Made by a program: the position numbers and the translations under genes. A DNA stretch of 64,000 nt from Octopus vulgaris (Eukaryota). The DNA lies in the NCBI GenBank assembly GCA_951406725.2, contig OX597836.1, positions 6,200,001-6,264,000 of the forward strand, read 5' to 3'. This document shows, in pieces, positions 43,929 through 57,054 of this stretch. How positions within the stretch are numbered: the first letter of the stretch is position 1; every line of letters begins with the position of its first letter. The notes beneath the pieces were generated by a model. The model ran no database searches and was not told the origin of the DNA. It was given only the letters and a program-made list of their open reading frames with translations.

Positions 43929-43988
<60 letters not shown>

Positions 43989-44260
43989 GGACAGACAGAC
44001 AGATAGATATAGAGATATATAGATAGAAAGAGAGATAGTAAGATAGAAATAGAGAGATAGAAAAATAGAGAGAGAGAGAGAGTCAGAGATAGATAGATAG
44101 ATAGATAGATAGATATGTATGTATAAGCGCGTTTGAGCATTACTAGAATATTTTTCCCTCATACACACACACGTACGTAGTGTGTGTGTATAAACCTGTA
44201 GCATATGGATCATACACAAATGGACTGCTCTTCGATTTCCACTTCACAACTTTTATAAAA

Positions 44261-44316
<56 letters not shown>

Positions 44317-44324
44317 TTTATTTT

Positions 44325-44736
44325 ATCTAGTTTCAGCTCACGAGTTGTGGCCATGCTGCAGCATATTCTTCTAATTGTTTCGGTAATTTCACTGCGGCCA
44401 TGCTGTAGCACCGCCTTGAATGATTTCAATCAAACAAATCGACCCCAGGAGTTATTTTAAGCCTAGTGCTTATTATATCGGTGTTTTTTGCCGAATCGCT
44501 AAGTTACGGGGACGTAAACACACTAACATCGGTTGTCAAGCGATGTTGGAGGGGTGGGCCAAACACAGACACACAAACATTGATAGATAGATATACGACG
44601 GGCTTCTTTTCAGTTTCCGTCTACCAAATCCACTCACAAGGCTTTGGTCGGCCCAAGGCTCTAGTAGAAGACACTTGCTCAAGGTGCCACACAGTGGAAA
44701 TGAACCCGGAACCATGTGGTTGGTAAGCAAGCTACT

Positions 44737-44737
<1 letters not shown>
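44325..44737 (-). mobile_element. SINE family B copy
   Basis: Same body as 57055-57448. Further partial copies at about 19395-19600, 27085-27200, 30925-31090, 38235-38370, 55000-55305, 63110-63270 and 63600-63765. Confidence 0.85.
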
Positions 44738-44769
<32 letters not shown>

Positions 44770-45071
44770 GTATATATATATACATATATATATATATTAA
44801 CATTACTGTGTGAATTTTTCTGTCTAACTCCACAGACTCGAATATTTCTCTTTGCTTATCTTTATATATTAACCATAGAGTGCTTAATCTTCTAAAGTAG
44901 AGCAAATATAAAAAGCACGCACAATCACACACAATATATATATATATATATATATATATCAGATTTATTTGATATTTGTGTGCATGTTGCGCGTTTTTAT
45001 GTGTTTTTGTGTATATGTGTTATATATTCTGAATTTTTGAGCTGAAGAATTACCATTATTATGCGCTGATG

Positions 45072-48000
45072 TAAGGTGGTGAGTTGACTGAACCGTTCGT
45101 ACCTCGGTCAAAACGCTTAGCGGTATCGTTCCCGTCCTTACGTTCTGAGCTCAAATTTCACCAAGAACTTTGCCCTTCATCCTTTCCGGGTCGATAAAAT
45201 ACGCGCCTGTTGACTAATGAGGTCGATGTAATCAATTTACCCCCTCCCCTCAAAACACTGCTGGCCCTGTGCTAAAATTTGAAACCATTATACACTGATG
45301 TTAGGCAGCGAACTGGTAGAATCTTTAGCACGTCGGGCGAAATGCTTGGCGGTATATTGTCTGCTGTTACATTCTGAGTTCAAATTCCGTCGAGGCCGAC
45401 TTTGCCTTTCATCATTTCGGGGTTGATTAAATAAGTACCAGTTACGCACTGGGGTCGATGTAATTGACTTAACTCCTTTGTCTGTCCTTGTTTGACCCCT
45501 CTATGTTTAGCCCCTTGGGGGCAATAAAGAAATAAGGAATGGTTTGCACACTGGACAAAATGCATGCGAGCATTTCGTTCGTCTTACTAAGTTCAAAACC
45601 CACCGGATTCAAATTTGCCCTTCATTCTTTCGGAGTTGATAAAGTCAGTACCAGTCGAACCCCTCCCGCAAAATTTCTGCATATAGCAGAGAGAACTATT
45701 AGACACTAATGCATTCCGACGAGTGCAGCCGCAATATAGCCGAATGGTTTGGAAATTCGCTGATCTGCAAAGTTACCTTTAAGCTATTGTTGTTGGTGGT
45801 GGTGAAGACGGTGCTTATGTATTGCATTTCAATAAACATAGCAACATAATACTAAAGAGTCCCAGATCATTAGCAAAGTCAAGATTTTTTAGTCTTGAAG
45901 GTCCCATCCAGAGCCTTTTGTTAGATCATCCCATGGACTTTCACGTTATTAAATCCAGTACCAGCAGGGACAATAAGGGGAAAATACACATCCCCGACGG
46001 ACCTCTATAATGGCATCGAGCATCAGTTTTTTTTTTTTTCATCTTGGGTTCTAAATACTTCAACACGTTCTTCGGTGAAGTGTTAGCAAGGTGACGCTGA
46101 AGCGTCGTGGTAGCGGGAATATTCAGCATTCACCCGCTGTCGCGATTCGCTGGAATGGTACCCATGCGATCAACAAAACCCGACCAGTCACAACTTCGCG
46201 TGAAAAGAATTTTACTCACGTGATCAACAGACTTTGACCAATTGCGATTTCCCATGGAAAGAATGTTATGTGATCAACAAAATCTGCTCGATTGGGGTTT
46301 CACGGGGAAAGAATAGCACTTAGGTGATCAACAAAATCTATAGAATTTCAACTTAGAACGTAAAGACGGACGAAATGCCTATTTCTTTACTACCCACAAG
46401 GGGCTAAACAAAGAGGGGACAAACAAGGACAGACAAACGGATTAAGTCGATTATATCGACCCCAGTGCGTAACTGGTACTTAATTTATCGACCCCGAAAG
46501 GATGAAAGGCAAAGTCGACCTCGGAAGAATTTGAACTCAGAACGTAGCGGCAGACGAAATACCTATTTCTTTATTACACACAAGGGGCTAAACATAGAGG
46601 GGGCAAACAAGGACAGACAAACGTTTTAAGTCGATTACATCGACCCCAGTGCGTAACTGGTACTTAATTTATCGACCCCGAAAGGATGAAAGGCAAAGTC
46701 GACCTCGGCGGAATTTGAACTCACAACGTAACGGCAGACGAAATACCGCTAAGCATTTCGCCCGTCGTGTTAAATATTCTATGAGATTGATACCCTCAGC
46801 AATCATAGCAACAATAATAATTGTAATAATAACAATAACACCAAGTTTTTATATATCAATTGTTTATAAAGGAAAATATCAGTGTAATGTGGTGTTCATG
46901 CTTTTCATGACCACACAGTATTTTTACTGAAATTGTTTTAACACGTAATTAAAACTATATCACAGAACCAATCAAGATATTTGTCTCTGCTAGACAATAA
47001 TTAATAATTATAAGAATTAACAAAATAAGAAAAAATTAACTATACAACAATATTTGCCATTAAGTTATCCAGGAGAAGGGGCCAACACTGCCCGTTATTT
47101 TCTTTTTTCATTTGCCTTTCAGATCAGAAAAGGTTTCATTGATTAAAACAGTCTTAATATATGACTGGTTAAAATGCTTAGCAGCTTTTCGTTCCGTGTT
47201 CAAATGCTGCCGGAGTCGACTTTGCCTTTAATCCTTTCGGGGTCGATAAATCAAGTACCAGTTGCGTACTGGAGACGATCTAATCAACTGTCCCCCTCCG
47301 CCAAAATTTCGGGCCTTGTGCCTAGCGTAGGAAAGAATATTTTAACATTTCTGACGGTTAGAATTGAGAGAGAAGCTGGAAAAGTCTAGGCTGGTGCTCT
47401 ACTAATTTGAACAACTCTCCACCAATAAATGCTTCCAATTTAGGTGCAAAGCCAGAAAAGTCGAGGGGAGGGGCTTGATCGATACCACTGGCCTCTCTGC
47501 TTGATTTTCTAACCTCTGAAAGGATCAAAGACAAAAGTGAATTCGGTAGGACTGGAACTCAGAACCTGAAGTGTCGAAACAAATACTTCGGACTATTTTT
47601 CCGATACTCTAACAATTATGCCAGTTCGTCGCCTTTTCATGGCCCCTTATTTAAGACACAAGGTTAGCAATTTTGAAGGTCGTGGGGTAATTCGATTACT
47701 TCGGCCCCAGTACATGACTGGTGCTTTATTTTATCGACCTCGAAAGTATGAAAGACAAAGCTAATATTGGCTGTATTTGAACCTGAAATTCACAGAACCG
47801 GAAACTCAATAATACAAATTATTTCTTGCAAAGGGAAAATTTTAGGAGACAACTGAGGCTAACATTAACCTTATTACTAAGACCTGATTAAGAAAATAAA
47901 CGGTTATGTAAACCCTTGTGAAATTTGGCCCATGATGAGATGCAAATACCACAAGGCACTTTGCCTAACACTACCATTTCTGCCAATCAGACGCTCAAAT

Positions 48001-48368
48001 AATTTCTTACAAATTCACCAGGGACACATTCGGGAGTGGCATTCGTTGAGGAAATGAAGCCCAGAATAAGACTAGCACTATTTTATAGTTACCCAGAAAG
48101 ACAAAATACAAAACTCATCCCCAGCAGGATTTGAGCTCAGAACGTAGAGATATGAAAACAAGTGCTGCAACGTGCTTTCGTCCGGTGCTGTAAAGAATCC
48201 TCTAAACCACCACCGCAAGGTAATATCGATTTCTCGTATAGTCACAAAAAGACGAAAATACGAGGCAGTGGGGGGAGGCAATGATCGATTGTCCTGTCCC
48301 CGGCACGAACCCTGGAACAATAAACAACCAGAGCTGACTTCACTGGGAGTTGAATTAACGAGAGAGAG

Positions 48369-48406
<38 letters not shown>

Positions 48407-48436
48407 AGAGAGAGGGGAGAGAGAGGGGAGAGAGAG

Positions 48437-48514
<78 letters not shown>

Positions 48515-48528
48515 AGAGAGAGAGAGAG

Positions 48529-48583
<55 letters not shown>

Positions 48584-48616
48584 GGGAGAGAGAGAGAGGG
48601 GAGAGAGAGAGAGGGA

Positions 48617-48654
<38 letters not shown>

Positions 48655-49763
48655 AGAGAGGGAGGAAACGAATGCTACAAAACAGTTTATGCGTTGCTAG
48701 ACCAACCCGGTCATTTCACCATCCTAATTACACGTTTTTTTCGCAAAAACTCCGAGAGGGCGGTTGATGGTCGATAACATCGATCGACGCACAAATGGCT
48801 CATACAGTTTTTTTTTGTTTCTTTTACTTTTTAACGATGCCAGAATGATGAAAGACAAAGTTGACCCTGGTGGAATTTGACCTCAAAACTTAAAAATTAA
48901 AACTTAAAAGAACGCCATAGCTAAATGCCGCAAAGTGGTTCGGTCCGATACTTTAACGATTCTGCCATATCGCCCGAACTGGCTATTCAAATTGTGTATA
49001 TTACATAATTATCTTACCACCCTGGATGGAGAACTTTTTTGTCGATTCCATTTATAACGGAATTCTACTATTTATGGAATTCTGATTTACTGTCGGTTGA
49101 CTTTTGGCCAACCCCGTTATATATATATATATATATAAATGGTTTCAAATTTTGGCTCACTGCCAGCAATTTCGAGGGTGGGTGTTAACCAGTAATCAAC
49201 TGGTACTTTATCGACCCCGAATTCTCAAAAGGCAAAGTTCGACCTCGGCTGAATTTGAACTCGGAACGTTCAACGGGAAGAAATACTACTAAGCATTTTG
49301 TCAAGCACGCTACCCATTCTGCCAGTTTACCGCCTCAATATACATACAGACATATATTATATATATATATCGTTGATCTTATGTTAAACTGTTGTATGCA
49401 CAAATTTGGCCAAATGCAGTTTTTTTTTTCAATATATAATTTTGCTTGCAATAGTCCGTTCTTTTGGTCAAACTATCGTATCTCCAGCTGCTTCAGATGC
49501 CAAGATATGAAAATTGTCAAAGTGTAGTACAATAGTTTAGTTTTTCCAAAAGTGTACTAAGTCCCACATATGACAGTTTTGCAAAAATATTTCTGACTGA
49601 AAATATCATACATGCATGGAATTAAGATTTTATGCTACCAACAAAGTATTATTGTTAAGCTGAAACTATTGCTAATATAAAAAGAAATAGAATGTTGAAA
49701 CTATCTTTTTCCTTTTCTGAAAAAGCAACGTTTTGGACTTACGACACTTTTGCATTATTGCAA

Positions 49764-49801
<38 letters not shown>

Positions 49802-50575
49802 ATCATTTCTCCTATAAGCACAAGATCTGAAATTTTAGGGGAGGGGGATAGTCCGTTAGATCAACCCCGGTACATAACTGGTGCTTATTTTATCGACCCC
49901 TAAAAGTGTAAGACAAAGTCGACCTCGGCCGAATTTGAACTCGGAACGTACAACTGGAAGAATTGCTGCTAAGCGTTTTGTCAAGCATGCTAACCATTCT
50001 GCCAGCGTGCTATCCTAATACATAGTTATATATACATGATGATGATGATAATAATAATAATAATATATACATGATAATGGCTTCAAATTTTAGTAGAAAC
50101 TCAACAAATTTAGGGGGAGATTTTTAGCTGATAACATCGTCTCCATTATTTGTCTGGTTCTTTATTTTATACCCCCACCCCCACCCCAGAATGAAAAGCA
50201 ACGATGCTCTGGGAGGGATTTTAAATAAGGACAAAAACCGCCAGGTATTTTGTCTGATGCTCCAACAATTCAGCCAAATCTCCACTTTTATAAAAATAAT
50301 ATTAATAATAATCGATAAGTACTAATTAATAGAAGTAATTATTGATTAATGACATAACACAGACAAAGGTACACAGTCGGAGGCGGGGGAAGGAAGGGTG
50401 TAATCGACTAAAACGGTACCACTGTATTGCTGGTACTTTATCACCCCCACAGACCCCCGACAAAAAGAAATGGAAACCAAGGCAGCGAAGTCAGCGTCAC
50501 CATGATTTGATCTCAGAACGTAGGGTAAGATATGACGTTTTTTCAGACGCTCTACTGACTTTGCCAATTCACTGC
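45072..50575. mobile_element. SINE family A-rich tract with copies on both strands
   Basis: Plus-strand copies at about 45072-45690 and 47165-47335. Minus-strand multimer at 46345-46770. Degraded minus-strand copies at about 47430-47800, 48830-48980, 49140-49335 and 49810-50575. Confidence 0.75.
48361..48665. repeat. ~300-bp pure-purine (GA)n tract
   Basis: Read directly. Confidence 0.95.
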
Positions 50576-50803
50576 TTCTTATATAACTATGACAATTACT
50601 AGGGATGAGGATAGTAGTAGTAGTAGTAGTAGTAGTAAACAGACTAGATGTGATAAATACGAAAAGGTACAAAAACAAAAAAATAACAAACGGAAAAAAA
50701 TAAAAAATAACTGAATTTCCAGTTAAAACATTTGAAATCCGCAACAAAAGGCAAAAAAAAAGACTGCAATAATAAAGGTTGTCGTATCTTCATAAACAGG
50801 CGC

Positions 50804-50916
50804 TCATCTGATAGTTTTCAAGAAGGAAATCGGCGAGAAGACGTTCTCTTGTGATCCTTTGCGCAAACACGGGAAACAATCCCATAAGCACATGATTTCA
50901 TCGGAACCCGCAGAAG
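50804..50916 (-). CDS. CDC20-like: Last coding exon of a divergent CDC20/fizzy-family APC/C co-activator (end of WD40 repeat 7 plus IR tail)
   Basis: Minus-strand acceptor ctttgtttcctttcctttcag, phase 1. Translates (A)SAGSDEIMCLWDCFPCLRKGSQENVFSPISFLKTIR*, matching CDC20 ASAAADETLRLWRCF...IR*. Phase fits the 55473 donor. Confidence 0.92.
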
Positions 50917-50966
50917 CTGAAAGGAAAGGAAACAAAGAAATTAGTAAATAATAATAATAATAATAA

Positions 50967-51560
50967 TATATTCACAGACATGACAGAGTTGGAATCTACA
51001 TACATTGGAAGCTATGCCAACATTATGGAATAACAACAGAAAAAAGATGGTATAGGCACACACCAGAAAAGGTCACAGAAAACGAGAAAGCAACCATACT
51101 CTGGGATATGCCGATACACACAGAGAAATTAAGGCCAACAGACCAGATGTAGTTGTCAGAGATCACGAAGAAAAAAAATGCTTTCTAATTGATGTATCAA
51201 TACCGGCAGATGACAACGTGTCTCTAAAAGAAATGGAGAAACTCTCAAAATACAAAAACCTGGAAATAGAGGTAACCAGAATGTGGAATCTAAAAACAGA
51301 AACAATTCCTATCATAGTAGGTGCATTAGGCATGATAAAAAAATATTCAGACAAATACATAACAAAAACACCAGGACTTACAAACACATATAACATACAG
51401 AAAATTGCACTACTAGGCACTGCACACATCCTACGCAGAACACTTTCCATACAATAACCATCAGAATATCACAACAAATCACAGCACATACCCAAGGCAC
51501 ACAGAGCTGCGCTCGGTAGTGAAGTGAAAGCACGATATAAAAATAAAACTACTGAATAAT
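50967..51560 (+). mobile_element. 5'-truncated R4/Dong-type non-LTR retrotransposon (restriction-like endonuclease domain, 3' end)
   Basis: Translates HRHDRVGIYIHWKLCQHYG...ILWDMPIHT/ANRPDVVV...FLIDVSIP...EKLSKYKNL...IPIIVGALG...ALLGTAHILRRTLSIQ* with one frameshift near 51122. Flanked by (TAA)n, and antisense within the last CDC20-like intron. Confidence 0.85.
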
Positions 51561-51566
51561 AATAAA

Positions 51567-52118
51567 GCCCTGATGCGGTACCAGGCAGTGGCCCTCATGG
51601 CTTCTGATCTTAACTGATTGGAAGTGTTATCACGTACATTGTTTTGTCTTGGTATAAAAGATGGGCTACAGCAAATATTTTGCTCAATACCACAGATTTG
51701 CTTGTCAGTTGTTTGACCTTAACCAGTTGAGCATGTCCCTGGGTGGTTGACGATATGTGCATCTCTGATCACGAGCAGAAGTAGTGGGGGAGCATCATAG
51801 CCATGTGTTGAGAGGGATTCTTTGGGGGTTTGAATAATTCACATCTGGAAACATGGGTGGTTCTTTCAACATCCTTAAACAACCCTTACTCAGGGACCGT
51901 TTGAGCGGGATGGGCTACTCAACCTGAAGAAAATTCTAACTGGGCCCCACATGCAAGGTCATGTGCTGTTTATCTTGATATACGATCACCACGTTGCGCA
52001 CATATGGCTGTGATGCATGTGCCCAGTGTACCCTTTCAGGCGGGTAATCATGATGAGTATACTGGGCTTCGTATATTTTACCCCAGTGTCACTTTGATGG
52101 CATGCACTGCTCTCTCAA
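51567..52118 (-). mobile_element. Unclassified ~550-bp interspersed element inserted in (TAA)n
   Basis: Complex, GC-richer block bounded on both sides by AATAATAA repeats. No ORF. Class and orientation are inferred. Confidence 0.4.
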
Positions 52119-52127
52119 TAATAATAA

Positions 52128-53323
52128 TCCTTTCTACTATAGGCACAAAGCCTGAAATTTGAGGGAAGGGACTAGTCGATCATATTGACCCCTTCCCCCA
52201 GTGTTTCAGCTGGTACTTAATTTATTGATGCTGAAAGAATGAGAAGCAAAGTCGACCTCGGCCGAATTTGAACTAAGCATTTTGCCCGGCGGGCGTTCTA
52301 ACGATGCTGCCAGCTCGCCGCCTTAATAATAATAATAATAATAATCTTTACTACTCTAGGCACAAGGCCAAAAATTTTGGGGGAGGGAGCTAGTCGATTA
52401 GACCGACCCCAGTACGCAACTGGTACTTAATTTATCGAGCCCTAAAGGTCGACCTCGGCGGAATTTGAATTCAGAACGTAAAAACAGACGTAATGCCGCT
52501 TAGCATTTCGCCCGGCGCGCTAACGATTCTGCCAGCTCACCACCTTGACAATAATAATAATGGTTTCATATTTTGCCACAAGGGCAGCAATTTTGTGGGG
52601 AGGGGGGAGTCGATTACACCGACCCTAGTGTTCAACTGGTACTTATTTTTATCGACTCAGAAACGATGAAAGGCAAAGACGACCTCGGCGGAATTTGAAC
52701 TCAGAACATAAAGACAGACGAAATACCTATTTCTTTACTACCTACAAGCGGCTAAACACAGAGAGGACAAACAAGGACAGACAAACAGATTAAGTCGATT
52801 ATATCGACCCCAGTGCGCAACTGGTACTTATTTAATCGACCCCGAAATGATGAAAGGCAAAGACGACCTCGGCGGAATTTGAACTCAGAACACAAAGACA
52901 GACGAAATACCTATTTCTTGACTACCCACAAGCGGCTAAACACAGAGAGGACAAACAAGGACAGACAAACAGATTAAGTCGATTATATCGACCCCAGTGC
53001 GAAACTGGTACTTATTTAATCGACCCCGAAAGGATGAAAGGCAAAGTCAACCTCGGCGGAATTTGAACTCAGAACACAAAGACAGACGAAATACCTATTT
53101 CTTTACTACCCACAAGGGGCTAAACACAGAGAGGAAAAACAAGGACAGACAAACAGATTAAGTCGATTATATTGACCCCAGTGCGAAACTGGTACTTATT
53201 TAATCGACCCCGAAAGGATGAAAGGCAAAGTCGACCTCGGCGGGATTTGAACTCAGAACGTAGGGGCAAACGAAATAGCGCTAAGCATTTCGCCCGGCGT
53301 GCTAACGTTTCTGCCAGCTCGCC
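52128..53323 (-). mobile_element. Array of SINE family A copies including a head-to-tail tetramer with 184-nt period
   Basis: Identical junction gaaatacctatttc at 52720, 52904 and 53088. A single tRNA-like head lies at 53275-53323. Confidence 0.9.
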
Positions 53324-54343
53324 AATATGGAGATTGAAGAACAACAGTTGAGCAAGGGGGCTCGTCCCTGTGGCGGTCAGGTTGCTGCTGGACCTGTGAG
53401 ATTCCTTGATTGACCCTCGGTTTGATTGCATCATAGATGTACTCACATAATTTGTCTGTGTACTTTTATCCTACCGCTTCCCTTTCTTCCCCCCTCATCT
53501 CGTATATAAACTCTTGCAAGATTTGTAAACTGTCCTCTTAACGTCTCCTTCATCTGATGTCCTTGTGGCAAATTATAGAAATTATTATTATTATTGTCAT
53601 TATCATGTCGGCTTTTAGTGTAGTTTATTTTTGTTTTTGTTTTGTGTGTGTTTCTTTTCGGTTTTGCTTGTTTGTTTGGTTTTGTTTGTTTGTTTTCATC
53701 CAAACCATGTGTTTTTATTAAGGAAAAATATCATTTTGTGTCAGTTTCAATATCCTGCTAATTGTGAACTGTCACTGGAAACTGATTTAAACAGGATTTT
53801 GACAACTTGGAAGAAAACAGAAGAAGCAAGAGAGAGAGAACACAAATAACAAAACAAAACAAACAAAAATAAGAGAGAAGAAAAAGAAGAGGAGGAGGAG
53901 GAGGAAGAGGATAATGGGGGGGAAAATATAAAAGAAAAGCAAAATAAGAGAACGCAAACGCGGAGAGGAAAAACAGAAGAAACGAAGATGACGATAAAGA
54001 TGGAAGAAATAAGGAGATGAAGGGTGGGAAGGGGATGGGGGTGGAAGGGGATGGGGATATGGAAAAACCATAGACATGGAGTGTATAAATAAAGAGCCAA
54101 ATAAAAATGGAAGCTATTTAATTCTAATTAGCAATTACTGAGCCGACTAATCGTCAAATATATTATAAACAATAATAAAACAGGCGAAGAGTGAGATATT
54201 TAATAAAGCAGAGAAATACTACTTAATAAAGTTATGACATCGGTGTTTGATATCAAATAATCACCGGTGAAATATATTGATATGACATGCAGCTGAGTCT
54301 GTAAGAGAGTATGTCTGACCGTATTATGTGTGCGTTTGATTTT

Positions 54344-54377
<34 letters not shown>

Positions 54378-54465
54378 TATATACACATACAAACATACAC
54401 AGATTACATTTAGAAAAAGTCGCTATATATATATACACACACACACATTACATTTAGAAAAGTCG

Positions 54466-54526
<61 letters not shown>

Positions 54527-54665
54527 TACAGATTACATTCAGGAACAGTCGCCATATATATATATATATATATATAGCGACTAACATACATATGCACATA
54601 CACTACATTTTAAAATAGTCGTTATATGCATATATACATGCACACACTACAAAAAAGTTTCTCAC

Positions 54666-54725
<60 letters not shown>

Positions 54726-55472
54726 GTTTCAGAATTTAGTATTTGTTCAGAGAATCGGCGATTACGTGTGTAACAGTGTTTGGATGTCAGTGTATAAAAT
54801 AATTCTGTGAATAGCTTTACGTGTTTCTACACACACATACATACATACATACATACATATGCACACATACAGGCACAAAATTACACCATACAAGACTACA
54901 AGCTCAAAACGAAATTAAGACACACACACACACACACAACGACAAGCACACGCTCAACTGCGGACACACAAATAACACACCTCTATATACAATTTGAATG
55001 CGAGTAGTGTTCTGTGATTAAGCAGTTTGCTTCGAAACCTTGTGTTTCAAGTTCGATTCCATTGTGCAATCGATTCCATCATAAACACCGGTTGACCAAT
55101 GCCTTGTGCGTCCCATGTAACTGACGGAAACTGTGCAGAAGCTCGAAATGTGTGCGCAACAGCGAAGAAATACCTGTAGTTAATTATTATTTTTTTATAT
55201 ATAGATAGGCGCAAGAATGGTCGTATCGGTCTGCAATCAGCTGGTTTGGGGTTCAGTCTCACTGTCCGTAACTTTGGGCCAGTGTGCTCTCCTATAGCCC
55301 CGGGTAGAGCTGCGTTTTCTACGATAATCGCCACGTAATCTCAAAACGTAAGACCTAGTGGTTCGATTAAAAGTCGATAAGAAAAGAAAACCCCGAGACG
55401 GAGGTGTGTTCTAACGTCCACCTGCATCGCGGCTATAGATGTGTGTGTATGAGGTCAAAGAAAATATATTAC

Positions 55473-55659
55473 CAAGAGTGGAACCCGATGGGCTGAGAGC
55501 CAGATGAAGTGGTTTCGCTTCGTGCTGTCGTAGTGTGCCCACCAATTCATAATTATCAGGATTACGATCCTTCCATATGGCGATGACATTCGGGAAGTTG
55601 GTACCAGCAAGCGCAGTTACGAGTTCTTTGTAATCTGACGACCATAGAAGATTGCAAAC
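55473..55659 (-). CDS. CDC20-like: Internal exon of CDC20-family gene (WD40 repeats 6-7)
   Basis: Acceptor ctcttctctttgactctgcag, donor G|gtaata, 187 nt. Translates VCNLLWSSDYKELVTALAGTNFPNVIAIWKDRNPDNYELVGTLRQHEAKPLHLALSPSGSTL, versus CDC20 VCSILWSPHYKELISGHG...GHTSRVLSLTMSPDGATV. Confidence 0.92.
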
Positions 55660-56091
55660 CTGCAGAGTCAAAGAGAAGAGGAGAACTTTAGTCAAAAACC
55701 TGGAAATTTCGAATGAACTTCAGATCCTTTATGAAGATTAAACACTGATATGAGTTTGGGGGAATATATTGTCCGGGCGGATTCAGTATAAGCTCTCAGC
55801 TGACCGCTACGATCAGTCATTATAATATGCTGTGTATAAAGTAAGCTGTGTGATACGCACGGACCCGGGTTCGTGCGTATCACGTCCGGTCGACGATGGG
55901 AAGGATGGCTTCCCTTTGCAAATATTGATAGGGCACAGAAAGTGTGTCAATAGCCAGCTGGAGAAGATGTTCTCCTGGGGCTATAAGCTACAGTAGCATC
56001 CACCCTTAGTGGTTAGCCACATTTAAGTGGCAAATATACTTCACACTGTCGTGCAGTTACTGTTTATACCTCGTTCAGAGATTTATTATTG

Positions 56092-56154
<63 letters not shown>

Positions 56155-56527
56155 AGAACTATTGCATTTGTAAATCTCTCAGAGGGACTTATACAGTGGC
56201 AGTACGATATAGTGATGGTTTGTTGCCAACTTAATGTGGCAGTCCCAGGAAAGTCACTGAGTTGCCAAATGCGAAAGCTTTTTAACTTTAATTCACAATA
56301 CAAACGAGAGAGAAAATGTCTATTTAGCGTTAATGAGAATTATTAAATTAAAAATAACAATTTTACAAAATTTTTACAATATTATTTCCAAAATACTGAA
56401 ATATTTTCTAAAGAGAGTGAGAGAGCGAGGTGGAGTGAGAGAGCGAGGTGGAGTGAGAGAGCGAGGTGGAGTGAGAGTGCGAGGTGGAGTGAGAGAGTGA
56501 GAGTAAAGCTTTTTTTTTTTATCTCAC

Positions 56528-56653
56528 CTTGGAATTCACTGTGGTTTCCCGGAGCAATTTCCCTGTCGGAGCATGCCACAGTTTTAAAGATCCATCCGTT
56601 TCATACCCTCCAGTTGCCAAAACATTTGAGCGCCATGGACACCATGCTAAAGC
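56528..56653 (-). CDS. CDC20-like: Internal exon of CDC20-family gene (WD40 repeat 5)
   Basis: Acceptor gttttttgttag, donor AAG|gtgaga, 126 nt, phase 0-0. Translates [42 protein letters not shown], versus CDC20 [26 protein letters not shown]...HSQ. Confidence 0.93.
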
Positions 56654-57054
56654 CTAACAAAAAACAACAATAAATAAACATAGAACTAAAAATAACAAAA
56701 CTTCTGAAGTCGAGACACACATTTACATAGGTCTGAATTGAATATTTGACAGATTGCTTGCGCATGCTCATACTGAGTACTTTTAATTCATTTTACTGGC
56801 TAGATTCGAAGCAATTTAGAACCTTTAAGAACCTTTCCTATCAACTAAGGGGCCTTCATTGCTAACTGTAGTTCTTTGTGGTACCTGGTTTTATGCTGAA
56901 GTAGACTGGTCCTTTCAAAGTTCTCTTCTGCTTGCAAAATGGCCGTCTACAAATTTAGTCAGCTGTGCTTCACCTGCAACCAAACGTTTCCAGCAACTGA
57001 AAATTTGTAACTCATGAAACACACGCAGAATAACCAGTGCAAACATCTCTCTTT

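Noticed and set aside
48172-48777. 201-aa RE-rich ORF
   Set aside because: Translation of a (GA)n tract.
52560-53323. CRISPR-like array
   Set aside because: Whole units repeat with no unique spacers; eukaryotic SINE sequence.
53447-53565. Candidate minus-strand exon (donor gtgagt, one frame ending LYTR*)
   Set aside because: No CDC20 similarity; the true IR-tail exon at 50804-50916 splices in phase.
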